A stretch of DNA of 64,000 nucleotides, from positions 61,256,001 to 61,320,000 of the forward strand of contig NC_134474.1 in NCBI RefSeq assembly GCF_964194025.1, in the 5' to 3' direction. Below are positions 12,618-24,292 of this stretch, in pieces; the stretch's first letter is position 1; every line of letters begins with the position of its first letter. The stretch is from Convolutriloba macropyga. Its lineage: Eukaryota. The position numbers and the translations under genes are program-made. The notes under the pieces are model-generated. The model worked only from the letters and a program-made list of their open reading frames with translations, searched no databases and was not told the DNA's origin.

Positions 12618-13039
12618 TCTAGCGACCCTACCCGTTACTATTATTTATGACTCAAATCCTTCTATACGTATGGGTTCGACTTGGGTTTTATGAAAAAGGG
12701 TTACCAGAAAATCTCTTAAGTCTTATTGTTAAATACACTTTTTTAACTCACATGGTTTTCTCTAAGATTTGGTTTGAATAACAATTGAGTCAAAAGAATT
12801 CAATTCTAAGCGCCGGCTTGATATTAAGTAAGAAATCAGGACAGTGAAATAGCAATTTATGTACAATCTAATATTGAGGGTCTCTCCGCCTCGGGGGTTT
12901 GCACTACATGTTACCGATAAGCGTTCTATTTCTGATCTGTATAAAGTACAATGAACTTATTAAGAACGACCAACGAACTCTTAACTACCAAGCTGGAATA
13001 ACTAAGCAAAATGACTCACCAGAATCTTGGGTTGTTAAA
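12618..13039 (-). repeat. 5' LTR of Gypsy element 1
   Basis: Direct repeat of 3959-4377. Confidence 0.93.
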
Positions 13040-13488
13040 ACTTTGTCTAATTGACTTTCAATATCATCATGAGTGGACAGACATATTTCTTGACAATGTG
13101 ATTTTTGGGTTTCTTCTTGAATTTCCGTTTTTGTCCTTGTTTATTTGATTGCGTATTTTCTTTCTTTGATTTTTGATTTGATTTTTCTTCACCTCGTTAT
13201 TGTTTCTTCACCAATTTGCCGTTGTTTTAATGAAAACGTTTTCAACATAGTGTGAGCATTAGACTCATTAATTTTTTGTAACTGGTGCGCAACAATGTAT
13301 TGGCGCTTCCGGTATTTATTTGGTTGCTGGGTATTTGAGGATTGTTTGGACTTCAAACTTAGTTGCTCAAACTTGAGTTCAAGCTTGTTTAACTCAGTTT
13401 TTAGTAGAGCTGCTGTCGAAACAAAGTTTTGGCTTAATGGTTTTGATGTTGGACTTATCAGCAAACTAGAATTTATTGAATTTTGTTT

Positions 13489-13903
13489 TTAATTGCTCTT
13501 GAACGCAGTTCATAGCAATTTTTGTAAACGTGTGTGTCATGCAAATTTTTCGCTTGACAATTTTGCGCTTTTCTTCTAGAACATTCTTTGACTTCTCAAG
13601 TGTTAATTATTTCGTTAATTATTATTTCGTTAAGTTTCGTTAATTTTTTTTGAGTGGTCTCTGGTGCCCCGAAGTAAAGTTTGTTGCTTCTATAAAATCG
13701 GTTGCAGCAAAGGAGAATTATGTGCCTAGTAGCGCAGTGGTTAGTGCGGGTGGGCATAGAGCTGGAGGACAGTGGTTCGAATCCCGGGGGGGCGAGGTTT
13801 TTTGCACCCATAAAGAAAAATTGATCTATACTAAAGGCCATGAATTAAATTGCCTCGCCTGTCGTGCAAGAGCAATTCTTCCGACATTTGTCGGTTTATG
13901 TTT
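13489..13903 (+). mobile_element. HINE/DINE-1-like element family A, copy 1, with internal tRNA-like segment
   Basis: subTIR AATTGCTCTTGAACG...CGTGCAAGAGCAATT, 3' hairpin CCGACATTTGTCGG, T-rich ends, no TSD; A box 13730-13740, B box GGTTCGAATCC 13774-13784. Confidence 0.75.
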
Positions 13904-15881
13904 AAAAAACATGATAGGGCAGTCACATATCTTGGATTCTTATGACTCGTGTTTTATTCTCTCTGCTTTTGAAGCTTGAGAGATTGCCATGGCCTCTTCT
14001 TCGTTTCGTGTGGAGTAGGGTCTTGTATATTTTTCATTATGATCTGTTTTCGCGACTGTTGTTTTTTCGAGTCGAGGTTTGCTGGCTTTTTCGATTCAAT
14101 CGCCAGTTGTTTTCAGGATCATAGTGCTGTGTTGTTTACAATTGAGTTTTCCGTCTAATTGGTGGTCTTGATGCCTGTTGGCTTTGTGTTGGCTGGAGTT
14201 GTTTGACGTTGTCTTGACGATAAGCTGATGATTGCGGCCTTGTAATTGTTATGGTTTTCAGGAGCTTCAATACTAACTGTATTTATAAAATTTTCATGCT
14301 AAGTGTCTTTTTGTAACTGAGTTTCCATTCCAGTAGCGTCTAGAACAAATTTTGGATGGAAAAAATTTATTCTCGCCCGTAATTTTGCCTATTTTCTGTT
14401 TTTCTCAAATTTTTTCTCCTTTGAAGGCATGCGATTATGCGCCTATCACTTGAAATTTCAGGTGCTCTGACCATTACGCAAGATGTAATTTGTTATTTTT
14501 AACCTTCCAACAACAAAAACCATATGCCTGCGTCGTGATGTGTCATTATGTGCAATTAACTGCCCTTCACTTGTTACCTACATTCCAAGCTGCTAAATTG
14601 TTTTTAGTTGTTCCCTCTAGTGTGTTCCTTGCCTTTCTTTTATTATTTCTGTAAAGTTATATTTTATGCTGTCAATTTTTTCTCCTAGCAGGTCCTTACA
14701 ATTACTTTTAACATCACAAAACAAATGACTATCACCCGAACAATCTTCTCGGTCGAATGTCGGCACATCGATAGAAACGTTTTTTCTGTGAACAAATAAT
14801 TATCTCTGCTTTTGCGTTTGCGCGAATGACGAAGTCAAAAAAATTGCAGCACTGAACAAACCTTTTCTCGAATATTATATAGCTTGAAGTTTATCCCGAA
14901 TACTGGCCAGAAATAGATTCTTTGGGAACGCATTGTGGATTGGTATGGGCTAATAATACTGTAGTTGTTTCGATCAAACGTGTGTCGAGAAGATTGTTTT
15001 ATCTCACTCTCAGGCGAATAAGCAGCGATTTATGTTGCAGTAAACTAGGCTAAAGAAGAGTACCACAAATGCATATTTTATACACTAAGATGTGATAGAG
15101 ATCGCTATTTTTGCACAAAAATTCAATTGATTTTATTCAATAGGTGTTTTAATCAGCTAGTCATAGATAGTACAAAAAAGGTAAGAAGACAAGCTTGGAC
15201 TAATGAGTAAGAGGCCAATGCATACTGTTTCGAAGAAAAAACATGAAAAGTCCCCAACGAAAAGTGCCTGCTTCTGAACAACCGCACTTGACCGTTAAAG
15301 AGCTGCGCATTGGAGCCATAAACCTATCACAACCGAACAAATACATCACGATCAATGTTAGCATGGGCTTTATTTCAACGGGGAGAGGGGTGTTATTGAT
15401 TGCACTGGAGCGAATTTTGAAGCAATTATTGTAAACGTGTTGGTCTTCTTTATGCAAAATTTCTACTGACTTTTCACTTTTCGGGCGACTTTTACGCTCT
15501 TGACTTGTTTTGCGCGATGTAAATTTATTTCACGAATGCCCTCAGCTAAACTCAAGTGGCGGCAGTTCGCTACTGGAAATCAAGTGAAAGGTGCGCCGAA
15601 ACTAAATTTTCGCTTAATTACGTCAAAAAAATTTTAGTCGCTGGGCACGAGGGGGACTAAGATTTTGTTCTAACGTATTTAGGGAACCAAAGGGTTTGAA
15701 AGTGTTGAAATTCATTTGAAATTTACGTTAAGAGTACAATATTGCAGACTATCATCTTTCACATTTTTCGTTTTCTCAGTGCGCATTGATAGTATGCTAT
15801 CGTCAAGCATTTCCTTTCACTACAAAGTAGCATCCGAGTTGTTGCTCTCCATGTCTAGGAAGGTACATGACGTTTGATTTA

Positions 15882-17318
15882 TTAATAGCCGCAAAGCGAT
15901 AGCTGACGCTTCTCTCGATTTTTTTTTCGTCAAAATTTTTACGACCATATGACGTCACAATCATTTCAAATCTGCTCTTCCGTGAACTTCAAATCTGCTC
16001 TTCTTTCGCTGAATTCCGTGTGTGACGTCATTTTGCACTCTTGGTGGATATAGTTTTGCTTCATTCACGTGTTCAAGTTTTTGGTTGCGTGATTATGTGT
16101 ATGACCTCCTCATTGATTAATAGGCGCACAGCGATAGCGGGGGCTATTATTGGCCTTCTCTTGGTTTTTTGTTTCGTCAAGATTTTGTTATGACCATATG
16201 GCATCACAACCACTTCAAATATGCTTTTCGTTCATGCAATTTCAAGTGAAGTGCATGCGTGACGTCATTTTGTGCTCTTACTGGAGCGAGTTTTTTGTTC
16301 ATTCGCGTGATTGAGTTTTCGGTCGCACTTGACTTACTTCGCTCTCAAAAATGTCTTCCTCACTTTGAAATTGACTTTTATTTAATTCAATTCGAAGAGA
16401 TGAGGTCAAATGGGTGTGTGTCACTCTAATTGACGGGTATTTGAGAGCAGCTAACAGAGGCAGCAAAAATTTATATAGACTTTAAATGAAAATATAACAT
16501 AGGAGCCATCAATGAAAAGTCGAATTTTTTTGTCTGTCTTTTTTACTGTTTTTTTAGACTGAAGATCTACAAAGCTGTTGAGGCTATTTTCTGGCAATAT
16601 GCGAGCTCTGTTTTTATTAATAGCCTCGAGGTGATGGCTGAGGCTTTTATTGGCTGGCCTTCTGGCTTTTATGATTTCGTCACAGCTGAGGCTTTTATTG
16701 GCCTTCTCTTGGCTTTTATTATCTCTTGGCTTTCAATAAGATTTTTTTGAGTATAAGACGTCCCAAATACTTCAAATCTGCTTTTTATTCATTCATTCAT
16801 GCAACATACACTAAATTGCGTGCGTGACGTCATTTTCTACTCTTAGTGGAGATACTTTTGCTTCATTCACATGTTTAAGTTTTTGGTTACGTGATTAATT
16901 ATACGACCTCCTCGTCGATTAATAGCTGCACAGCGATAGCTGGGGCTATTATTGGCCTTCTCTTGTTTTTTCGTTTAATCGTCAAGATTGTTACGACCAT
17001 ATGACGTCAGAACCACTTCAAATCTGCTTTTTGTTCATTCGTTCATGCAGTCTCAACTTAATTGCGTATGTGGCGCCATTTTTTGCTCTTGGTTCAGGGA
17101 GTTTTTTTGTCCATTCGCGTGATTAGTCTTTTCGTCACACTTGACTTACCTCAATCTCAAAAATTATTTCCTCATTTTGAAATTGACTTTTATTCCTTTC
17201 AGTTTAAAGAGATAAGGTCAAATAGGTTTGTCAATCTAATTGAAGGATATTTCAGAGCTGCTAATAGAAGCAGCAAAAAGTTAACAGATTTTTAATCAAA
17301 ATATAACATATCAGCATT
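15882..17318 (+). mobile_element. Tandem array of HINE-like family D copies; last copy split by Gypsy element 2
   Basis: Repeated 5' end TTAATAGCCGCA(A/C)AGCGATAGC at ~15882, 16117, 16617, 16919; 3' end GGCTATTTTCTGGCAAT...GCT...TTTT at ~16580-16615. Confidence 0.72.
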
Positions 17319-17737
17319 TGTCGTACGCAGATGAGATAGCGTACTTGATCTTGAGTCGAGAGTTGCGTTTATGCTTTATGTCCTACTTGCGCGGCGAGTA
17401 CGCTTTACACAATTTCTAAATGAATCCGCTTAGCGAATCGCTTGGTGATTATTCGTCTACTTTAATTGATTAGTAAAGACAGTTAATGAAGAATAAGTTA
17501 AATTGAGCAACTGTACGTGAAGTGCAAAACTAAGAGAATGAGAATTAAGGCAACTGGTATTACAGAAGTCATAACAAACGTGAACAATAATTTCCCGCTA
17601 TGGGAGATGGGAACAACAGACTAGCATGTGAAATAACATTGACTTATACACATGCCCCTCAGGAATAAGTACACTAAATAAATTAAGTACATCGTATAAT
17701 AAATTTACTGCACTGAATTAATTTATGATGTATGACA
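17319..17737 (-). repeat. 3' LTR of Gypsy element 2
   Basis: TGTCGTA...TATGACA; repeat of 23899-24292. Confidence 0.93.
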
Positions 17738-17903
17738 TTTCTCCCGCTTCAATGAAAATTAAAATTGCGTAAAATAAAATTTTAATAACAATATGAATAC
17801 TATTAATACTTATTCACCGGTTAAATAGTATCAACAATATATTTACTGGTTATCATAGCTAGTCATAAATAATAATGTATCAAGTTTTAGTTATTCAGAG
17901 TTT

Positions 17904-19967
17904 TCACATGTCTTCTTCATCAATGATAAGCTCATTTGATGTACTGTGATCTGCTGGTCGTATACGGGGGTCCGTCGGTGCTACCTGTCCTATGATAAGC
18001 GAGGGAAAGTCGTTTGCTATAGGTTCAACCCGCGTAGCTGTATCAACAATTGTTTGTACAATCGAAGGTTGTATCGATTCAATATCTCCTAGGCGTCGTT
18101 TCCTACGAGGTGGAGCAAAGTTTGGGGACACGAATTAGTGGATTCACCAGACGAGTCTTCTTTATCGTATCCATAACATTTAGGACTTTTTCTAGTCCGT
18201 TTTGTTGCTCTTGCCAGTATATGTGGTAATGTTGTTGCTGGAGCCGATGGAGATGACAAGAGTACTTTTGGTTGATTATTTGTAGGAGGGGGTGCAATTA
18301 ATACTTCTCCAGTTATAATTTGCTGTTCGGGAGCAGCCTCTGGAATTTCGGGTAATACTTGTGGAGCGAAATTTTCCGGTATTTTAGGCATACGTACTCG
18401 CATTGCGCGAGCAATGTTGGATTTGTTTGATGAGACACCGCTACCAGTTTCTCGTTTGCGATGCTTCATTTTTTGGTCTCCTCTTTGTATGCGTGTACAC
18501 TCTTTGATGTGGCTAAGTATCTTAGCCTCAGTTGTCTTCTCGTGCGTGCGGGGTCCTCGACGGTTAAGATATTCAGTTAATTTTGTTTTTCGTTCTTCCC
18601 GAGTACCAAATTTGGCAATATCACTATTGCGCACTGCTACTTCCATCTTCCCCGGTTCGCGAATGACAGAAGTGTATTGATCGGTCTTTTGTACCACCGA
18701 TCCTGGGGCCAACACCTCATACAAACCATCCAGATTTTTCTTGGATCTTTTATGAAGATGTTTCTTTCGAGCAATGTTTAACTGTACGGCGTGTTCTTTT
18801 AGAGGAAGTGGACGATGCGCTTGTGTGGTGCGAAGAAAACGGGATTCATTGTCGGTTGCTAGACGTTCGCGAGTGGTGGCGTCCTTTGTTGCTTTACACA
18901 TATTGCGTTCGATTTCGTCGTCGCTACGGCTGTTTCCCCAGTGTTCCTCCGGTAACAATTCATTCGGAGTTACAGTTTCTTCATCTAAATAATGATGCAA
19001 AATTTTTTCATAACTTAGATCAGATGATTTTGAATGAGTACTTATATTACTAAGCGGTGTATTGGCTTTAAGCCCAAAGTGAGATTCGAATGGCGAAAGC
19101 TTAGTTGTTTTATGTTTACATATGCGAAGCTGGTATAACTGATTTTAATGCTGCTTTAATGGTGAACGAATTTAATTCTTTATTTGCATCTTTTATACAT
19201 GCCAAACGTTGTTTAATAGTACCAATAAGTCTTTCAACTAATCCTATTGCACGATGATCATTTGCCGGAGCTGGTATTAGTGTGATATTATTTTTCATAC
19301 AAAAATTTTTTACTTGGTTACCTAGAAGACAACGAGCTTGGTCTATTCTTAAAGAACGAGGAACTCCATGAATTTGTATATAATTATCTAAGAATTTTTT
19401 TACATTCGAGGCTTTTGTATTATCAACTAATTCTGCTGAAGGATATTTTGAAAATCTATCAATACATGTTAAAATGTATATTTCATGTTCTTTTTCGTTA
19501 TTAATGGGCCCTGCAAAATCTATTTGTATTTCTTGGTTCGGAACTATACATGGTGTATGTACTTTAAATTGTTTTGCGGGAATAACAGATTTTAAATTTT
19601 TACCGATAGCAGTGCAAGATTTGCACTCTATTGCTTTGACGAGCAAATCACGATTCATGTATGGCCACCAGCAGTGCTGAGCCATACATACCATCCCCCA
19701 GCTACCTTGGTGACTCGCATGCAAATCTTCAATGAGGGCATCTTTGAGTGCATTCGGAATGGCCACCTTCTCGTCCATACAGACACATCCGCCAGTCACA
19801 TGAAGGTCCCGCCAATAGCTATGGAGATAGGGGTTGAGGGCCTTTAGTCGTTCTTCGTCTCCCCGTATTATACAGTCCCGAACCTCCTTCAGAACTGCAT
19901 CCTTGCTTGTGAGGGATGCGATTAACCCTTTGCTGAACACTTTTCCCACCACTCTCTCAAAAGACAT
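17904..19967 (-). pseudogene. Integrase of element 2 with long C-terminal extension
   Basis: HHCC (LHASHQG...CKSC), IDFAGP, IDRFSK, IDQ, GLVERLIGTIK; frameshifted ORFs 18089-19000 and 17904-18131 continue it. Confidence 0.88.
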
Positions 19968-21124
19968 TACTTGGGGGCTATCCGTGGGTGGGGTGCTTAG
20001 ATTTGAATGAGAGGAGGATCAGCGTGGCGTGCTTGTGGTTGCATTGTCTGTAAACGATACGCGGGGCGAAGCTCTTGTTGTTCGGGAGGAGATTGATTTT
20101 CCCTTTAGAGATGAAGCTTGTTGACTCATTGTTGATGAGAGTTGAGCTTTTTCAATTAAATTAATTGACAAAGAGGAAGACAACTGAATTTCAGGTTGAG
20201 TTTGGGCAAAAAGCACTTGTTTGTTGTTTGTTAATTGAGCACGTGAGTTATATAAAGTATTTGAGTGTGGCTTACTAAAAAAGGTAGGAATTTGAGGCTG
20301 ATTTTTGATTGACAAGTGAGAGTGACTTATTGGAAGTGAGAGTGACAAATTTAGGAGTATTTTGGTAAGCGAGTGACGCTTTTCTTGTTTCTACAAGCAT
20401 TTGAGACTCAATTTGTACAGGATTAATTGTAACTGGTAGACTATGTGATGCAAATTTAGAATGAATTTGGTATTTAGTAACTTGCTATGCAAAAGAGGCA
20501 TCTGAGGAATGCATTCGAGTCTTTTGAGTATTTAATAAAGTATTAAGCCTGGTGGGTGTTAATTTGTTGAAAGAAAAGCGTACTCGCGATGCGAGATCGG
20601 AAGTGGTATTAATTAATTTAGAAGTGTTAACTTTTGAAGTAGGATATGTATGCGCGAATACTGAATCATTTTGAGTGGAATGTACTCGCTGATTATGTGC
20701 ACTAGTACAATTAATACTATTAGTGAGATGAAGAATTGAGTTATGCTTTTGATCCGCGAATGATTTAGTATTATGAGTTAAGTGTACGCGCGAGGCGTGT
20801 TTGCTATACTGATAATTGAATCTAAGGGAGGTTACATTAGAGTTGTATTTTCGCGCCGCGAGATTTGAACTAACATTTGTTAAGCGTACACGCTGGGCGG
20901 ACTTTATGTCAAAATTAGAAGTTTGTTTTGAGCATAATTTTGAACTATTGTTTCGCGGGGCGAATAATTCATTAACTTTTGTTTGGGGATTTTGTTTTAC
21001 GTAATCTATAGATAAAACTTGTTCAGTATTAGTGGTGGAGTTTTTATTTTCACCATCAATATCAATATATAATTTATTAAGTGAATTGGCTAAGAGGTTG
21101 TGTTTTTGTTGAAGTAATTGAGCA

Positions 21125-23870
21125 TCAGAATGTATGCTTGATAACGTTGCGACTAAAATTCCTCATCATATTTGGAAACACTTTTTGCTGGTTGATATGA
21201 TTTCGAGAGATGTAATCAACTGGTCCCATCTTCGCGCCGGGTAGATGCTCTATTGAGAATTGATAAGGCAAAAGACGATCAACCCATCGTGATAACCTAC
21301 TATTGTAACTTTTATTTGATCGATGTTCTTTTAAAATAGAAAGTAATGCGCGGTGATCAGTGATAACAGTGAATTCTTTACAATACAAATAATTTTTAAA
21401 TTATTCTATTGACCATACTACCCCAAGAAGTTCTAATTCTTTAATACTATAACGTTCTTCACTACTATTTAAAAATCTTGATGCAAAAGAGATTGGCTTC
21501 CAACCATCAACTGTTAGTTGTTCTAGTGCTGCTCCCAATCCGGAGCGAGAAGCATCACATTTGATTCGTGTTTCGAGTTGGGGTTATAGTGAATGTTTTC
21601 TGTATGATTTGCTATGCGAGTTTTTATGGCATTTAAATGTAGCGTATGAGCGTCAGTCCAAATGTATTTAGTTGACTTACGAAGTAGAGGTCTTAAAGGA
21701 TGGCAGAGTTGAGCTAGATTGGGAATAAATTTACTAATTTAGTGGACTGAACCGAGAAGTGAGCGTAATTTTTTAAGTGTATTAGGTGGTTGCAATGACA
21801 TAATAGAGGATGTTTTAGATTCGAGTGGCGATATCCCAGATTGATATATATATTATATCCTAACCAGGAAATTTTTTGCTTCGCAAAGTGGCATTTAGGA
21901 AGGTTAATTCGAAGATTATCTGCGTCCAGTTTTTTAAGACAATCTAATACAAGTTGGAAGTGATCATCTTCAGAACCTTTACTTACAATTAAGATGTCGT
22001 CTAGGAAACAAAATGCATTTTTAAGACCAATCAAGGTGTAATCCATTGCCTTCTGAAACTCGACAGGCATGTCTGTAGGACCGTAAAATCCCGTTTTGAA
22101 CCGATATGTACCTGCCATGTCACCACTTACAATATTAAAATTACAGTGTTTAGCAGTTTCAGGGTGTAGGTTTAGTTGGCTGTATGCATATTTAAGATCT
22201 ATAGTAGAGAAATATATTTGTTCCGCTGGTTCTGTTTTGTAGTTTGTTATTATTTGTGATATGGAATCCATTAGTTTTTCAATATTTGGCATCTGATATT
22301 TGTTCTTGTGTATAGCTTTATGAAGAGTTTTAGAATCTAATGCTAACTTTATGGTTTGATCTTGTTTGACTGTGATTACAATAGGTGAAATAAAGTATTG
22401 ATCAAAACAGTTATTCAATTTTTCTATATGTCCTTCTTCAAGAAGTTTTTTAATTTCATTATATACTCGTTCTTGTAAATTAATGGGTACTCTTCTACCC
22501 TTTTGGTGTTTTGGCTGAAAATTTCGATGGAATTTAGATTTAACAATGTGTATTTTTGAGCGACCAATACGTGTAATAAGTTGAGGAAATTGTTTTGCAA
22601 TACGTGTTTTAAATGGACATTAAGACGTGATAGTGTTGACCATACTACCTTCAATTTTTGGGATTTGAGTTACTGATATTCCGAGAGCGTCAAATAGATC
22701 TCTACCCACTAGTGGTTTTAGCCCGTCACGGACTACTACAAATTCAGCTTCTTCAAGTCGCCATCCATTGCTCGCAATTGGCGCCTGTATCATACCCGTC
22801 ACGTTTATGGGTTCGTTTGAAAATGTTTTGGAGTTCCTGAGGAGGCGCTATCATCAGCCAACGAGCAAGAGGAGAATTTTCCACAATCTCCGAAGCAAGA
22901 GACTCGGGTAAAATACTACATACACTGCCTGAATCAATGAGAAGTCCAACGTGGGTATTACCAATTTGTAAGATGGTGTTCTTTGGTTCAATCTGTATTG
23001 CGTTACTTATGATGCTGGCGACCATATTGTCATCTGAGCTATCGTAGTCTGAATCGCATTGCGGGTTATAATTCATATTTTGTATGGCGTTTACCGTTTG
23101 ATCAGTTGAAGTTTCTTCAACAGAGTTAACATTAGATCGGATGGGTTTATTTGATGATGACTTCGGTTTCCTGCAAACTCGCGAAAAATGGTTTTGTAGA
23201 CCACAGTTATTGCAAGTCTTGCCTCTCGCAATACACTTGACTTTATGATTAACTGACCAAGTTAAACCACAGTTTCTGCAGAGTTGATTTGGTGATCGAG
23301 TAAAACTAGATGTAGTCGGCCGTTGATTCGGTGATCGAAAAGATCGTTGAAGAATTACTGCATTAACCTGCGGAGCAGATTGTGAGTTTGTAATTTGTAG
23401 TTGATTTCTTTGACCTAATTCCATATTTATGGCCAAACGTAATGCTTGAGCTGGTTCTAGAGTTTCTCGCAACATTTCCCGTTGAATTTCCGGATCTAAT
23501 ATATTTGCAATAAATAAGTCTCTGATAAGAGTATCTTCTTGACTCCCGAGCTCACAATTTTCAGAAAGTTCTTCCATTTTTCCAAAGAAATGTTCGATAG
23601 ACTCTCCCCTTGTCTGTTTTGTGTTGAGAAGTACGTACCTATCAAATGTGATATTGCGCTGACGAATAAATGCTGCTTCCTTGATTGTCCAAAGTTCTGC
23701 TGTTGTTAGACTGTCTATCTTGAGGTGTGGGTTTTGGCTACAAACAATTCGACGTCCTTCGGTGCCCAAACTGAGATATAGCATTGACACAGTCTTTCGA
23801 TCGGCCTGTGCCCATGGTTTATCTCCACACATTATTCCTGTCTCCAGTTGTCTCTGACACCGATTTTCCT
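21125..23870 (-). pseudogene. gag-protease-RT-RNase H of element 2
   Basis: Zinc knuckles CRNC...H...C and CNNCGLQNHFSRVC; LIDSGS; IDLKYAYSQL, FLDDILIV; CDAS and TDHRAL; frameshifts. Confidence 0.92.
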
Positions 23871-23898
23871 AGTTCAATTTTGATTGAGCGTTCCTGGC

Positions 23899-24292
23899 CT
23901 TGATCTTGAGTCGCGAGTTGCGTTTATGCTTTATGTCCTACTTGCGCGGCGAGTACGCTTTACAAAATTTCTAAATGAATCCGCTTAGCGAATCGCTTGG
24001 TGATTATTCGTCTACTTTACTTGATTAGTAAAGACAGTTAATGAAGATTAAGTTAAATTGAGCAACTGTACGCGAAGTGCAAAACTAAGAGAATGAGAAT
24101 TAAGGCAACTGGAATTACAGAAGTCATAACAAACGTGAACAATAATTTCCCGCTATGGGAGATGGGAACAACAGACTAGCATGTGAAATAACATTGACTT
24201 AAACACATGCCCCTCAGGAATAAGTACACTAAATAAATTAAGTACATCGTATAATAAATTTACTGCACTGAATTAATTTATGATGTATGACA
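23899..24292 (-). repeat. 5' LTR of Gypsy element 2 (inner ~25 bp missing)
   Basis: Matches 17344-17737; joined directly to gag. Confidence 0.9.

Larger units (their letters stand above)
3959..13039 (-). mobile_element. Full-length decayed Ty3/Gypsy LTR retrotransposon with env-like gene
   Basis: Two ~420-bp LTRs (about 93% identical by eye), TSD ACTT (3955-3958 and 13040-13043), PBS, PPT, gag-PR-RT-RH-IN order. Confidence 0.95.
17319..24292 (-). mobile_element. Ty3/Gypsy LTR retrotransposon 2 (Mag-like), internally deleted at the 5' LTR/gag junction
   Basis: LTRs 17319-17737 and 23899-24292 (about 98% identical by eye), TGTC...GACA ends, 5-bp TSD GCATT (17314-17318, 24293-24297), PPT GAAGCGGGAGAAA at 17738-17750. 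Confidence 0.95.

Noticed and set aside
13723-13795. Functional tRNA gene
   Set aside because: A and B boxes are present, but acceptor and anticodon stems do not pair and the three copies diverge freely inside a repeat
13596-13979. ORFs repeated at 13596/13650 and 61646/61728 as a small gene family
   Set aside because: Chance frames within HINE family A; not conserved in the 26291 copy
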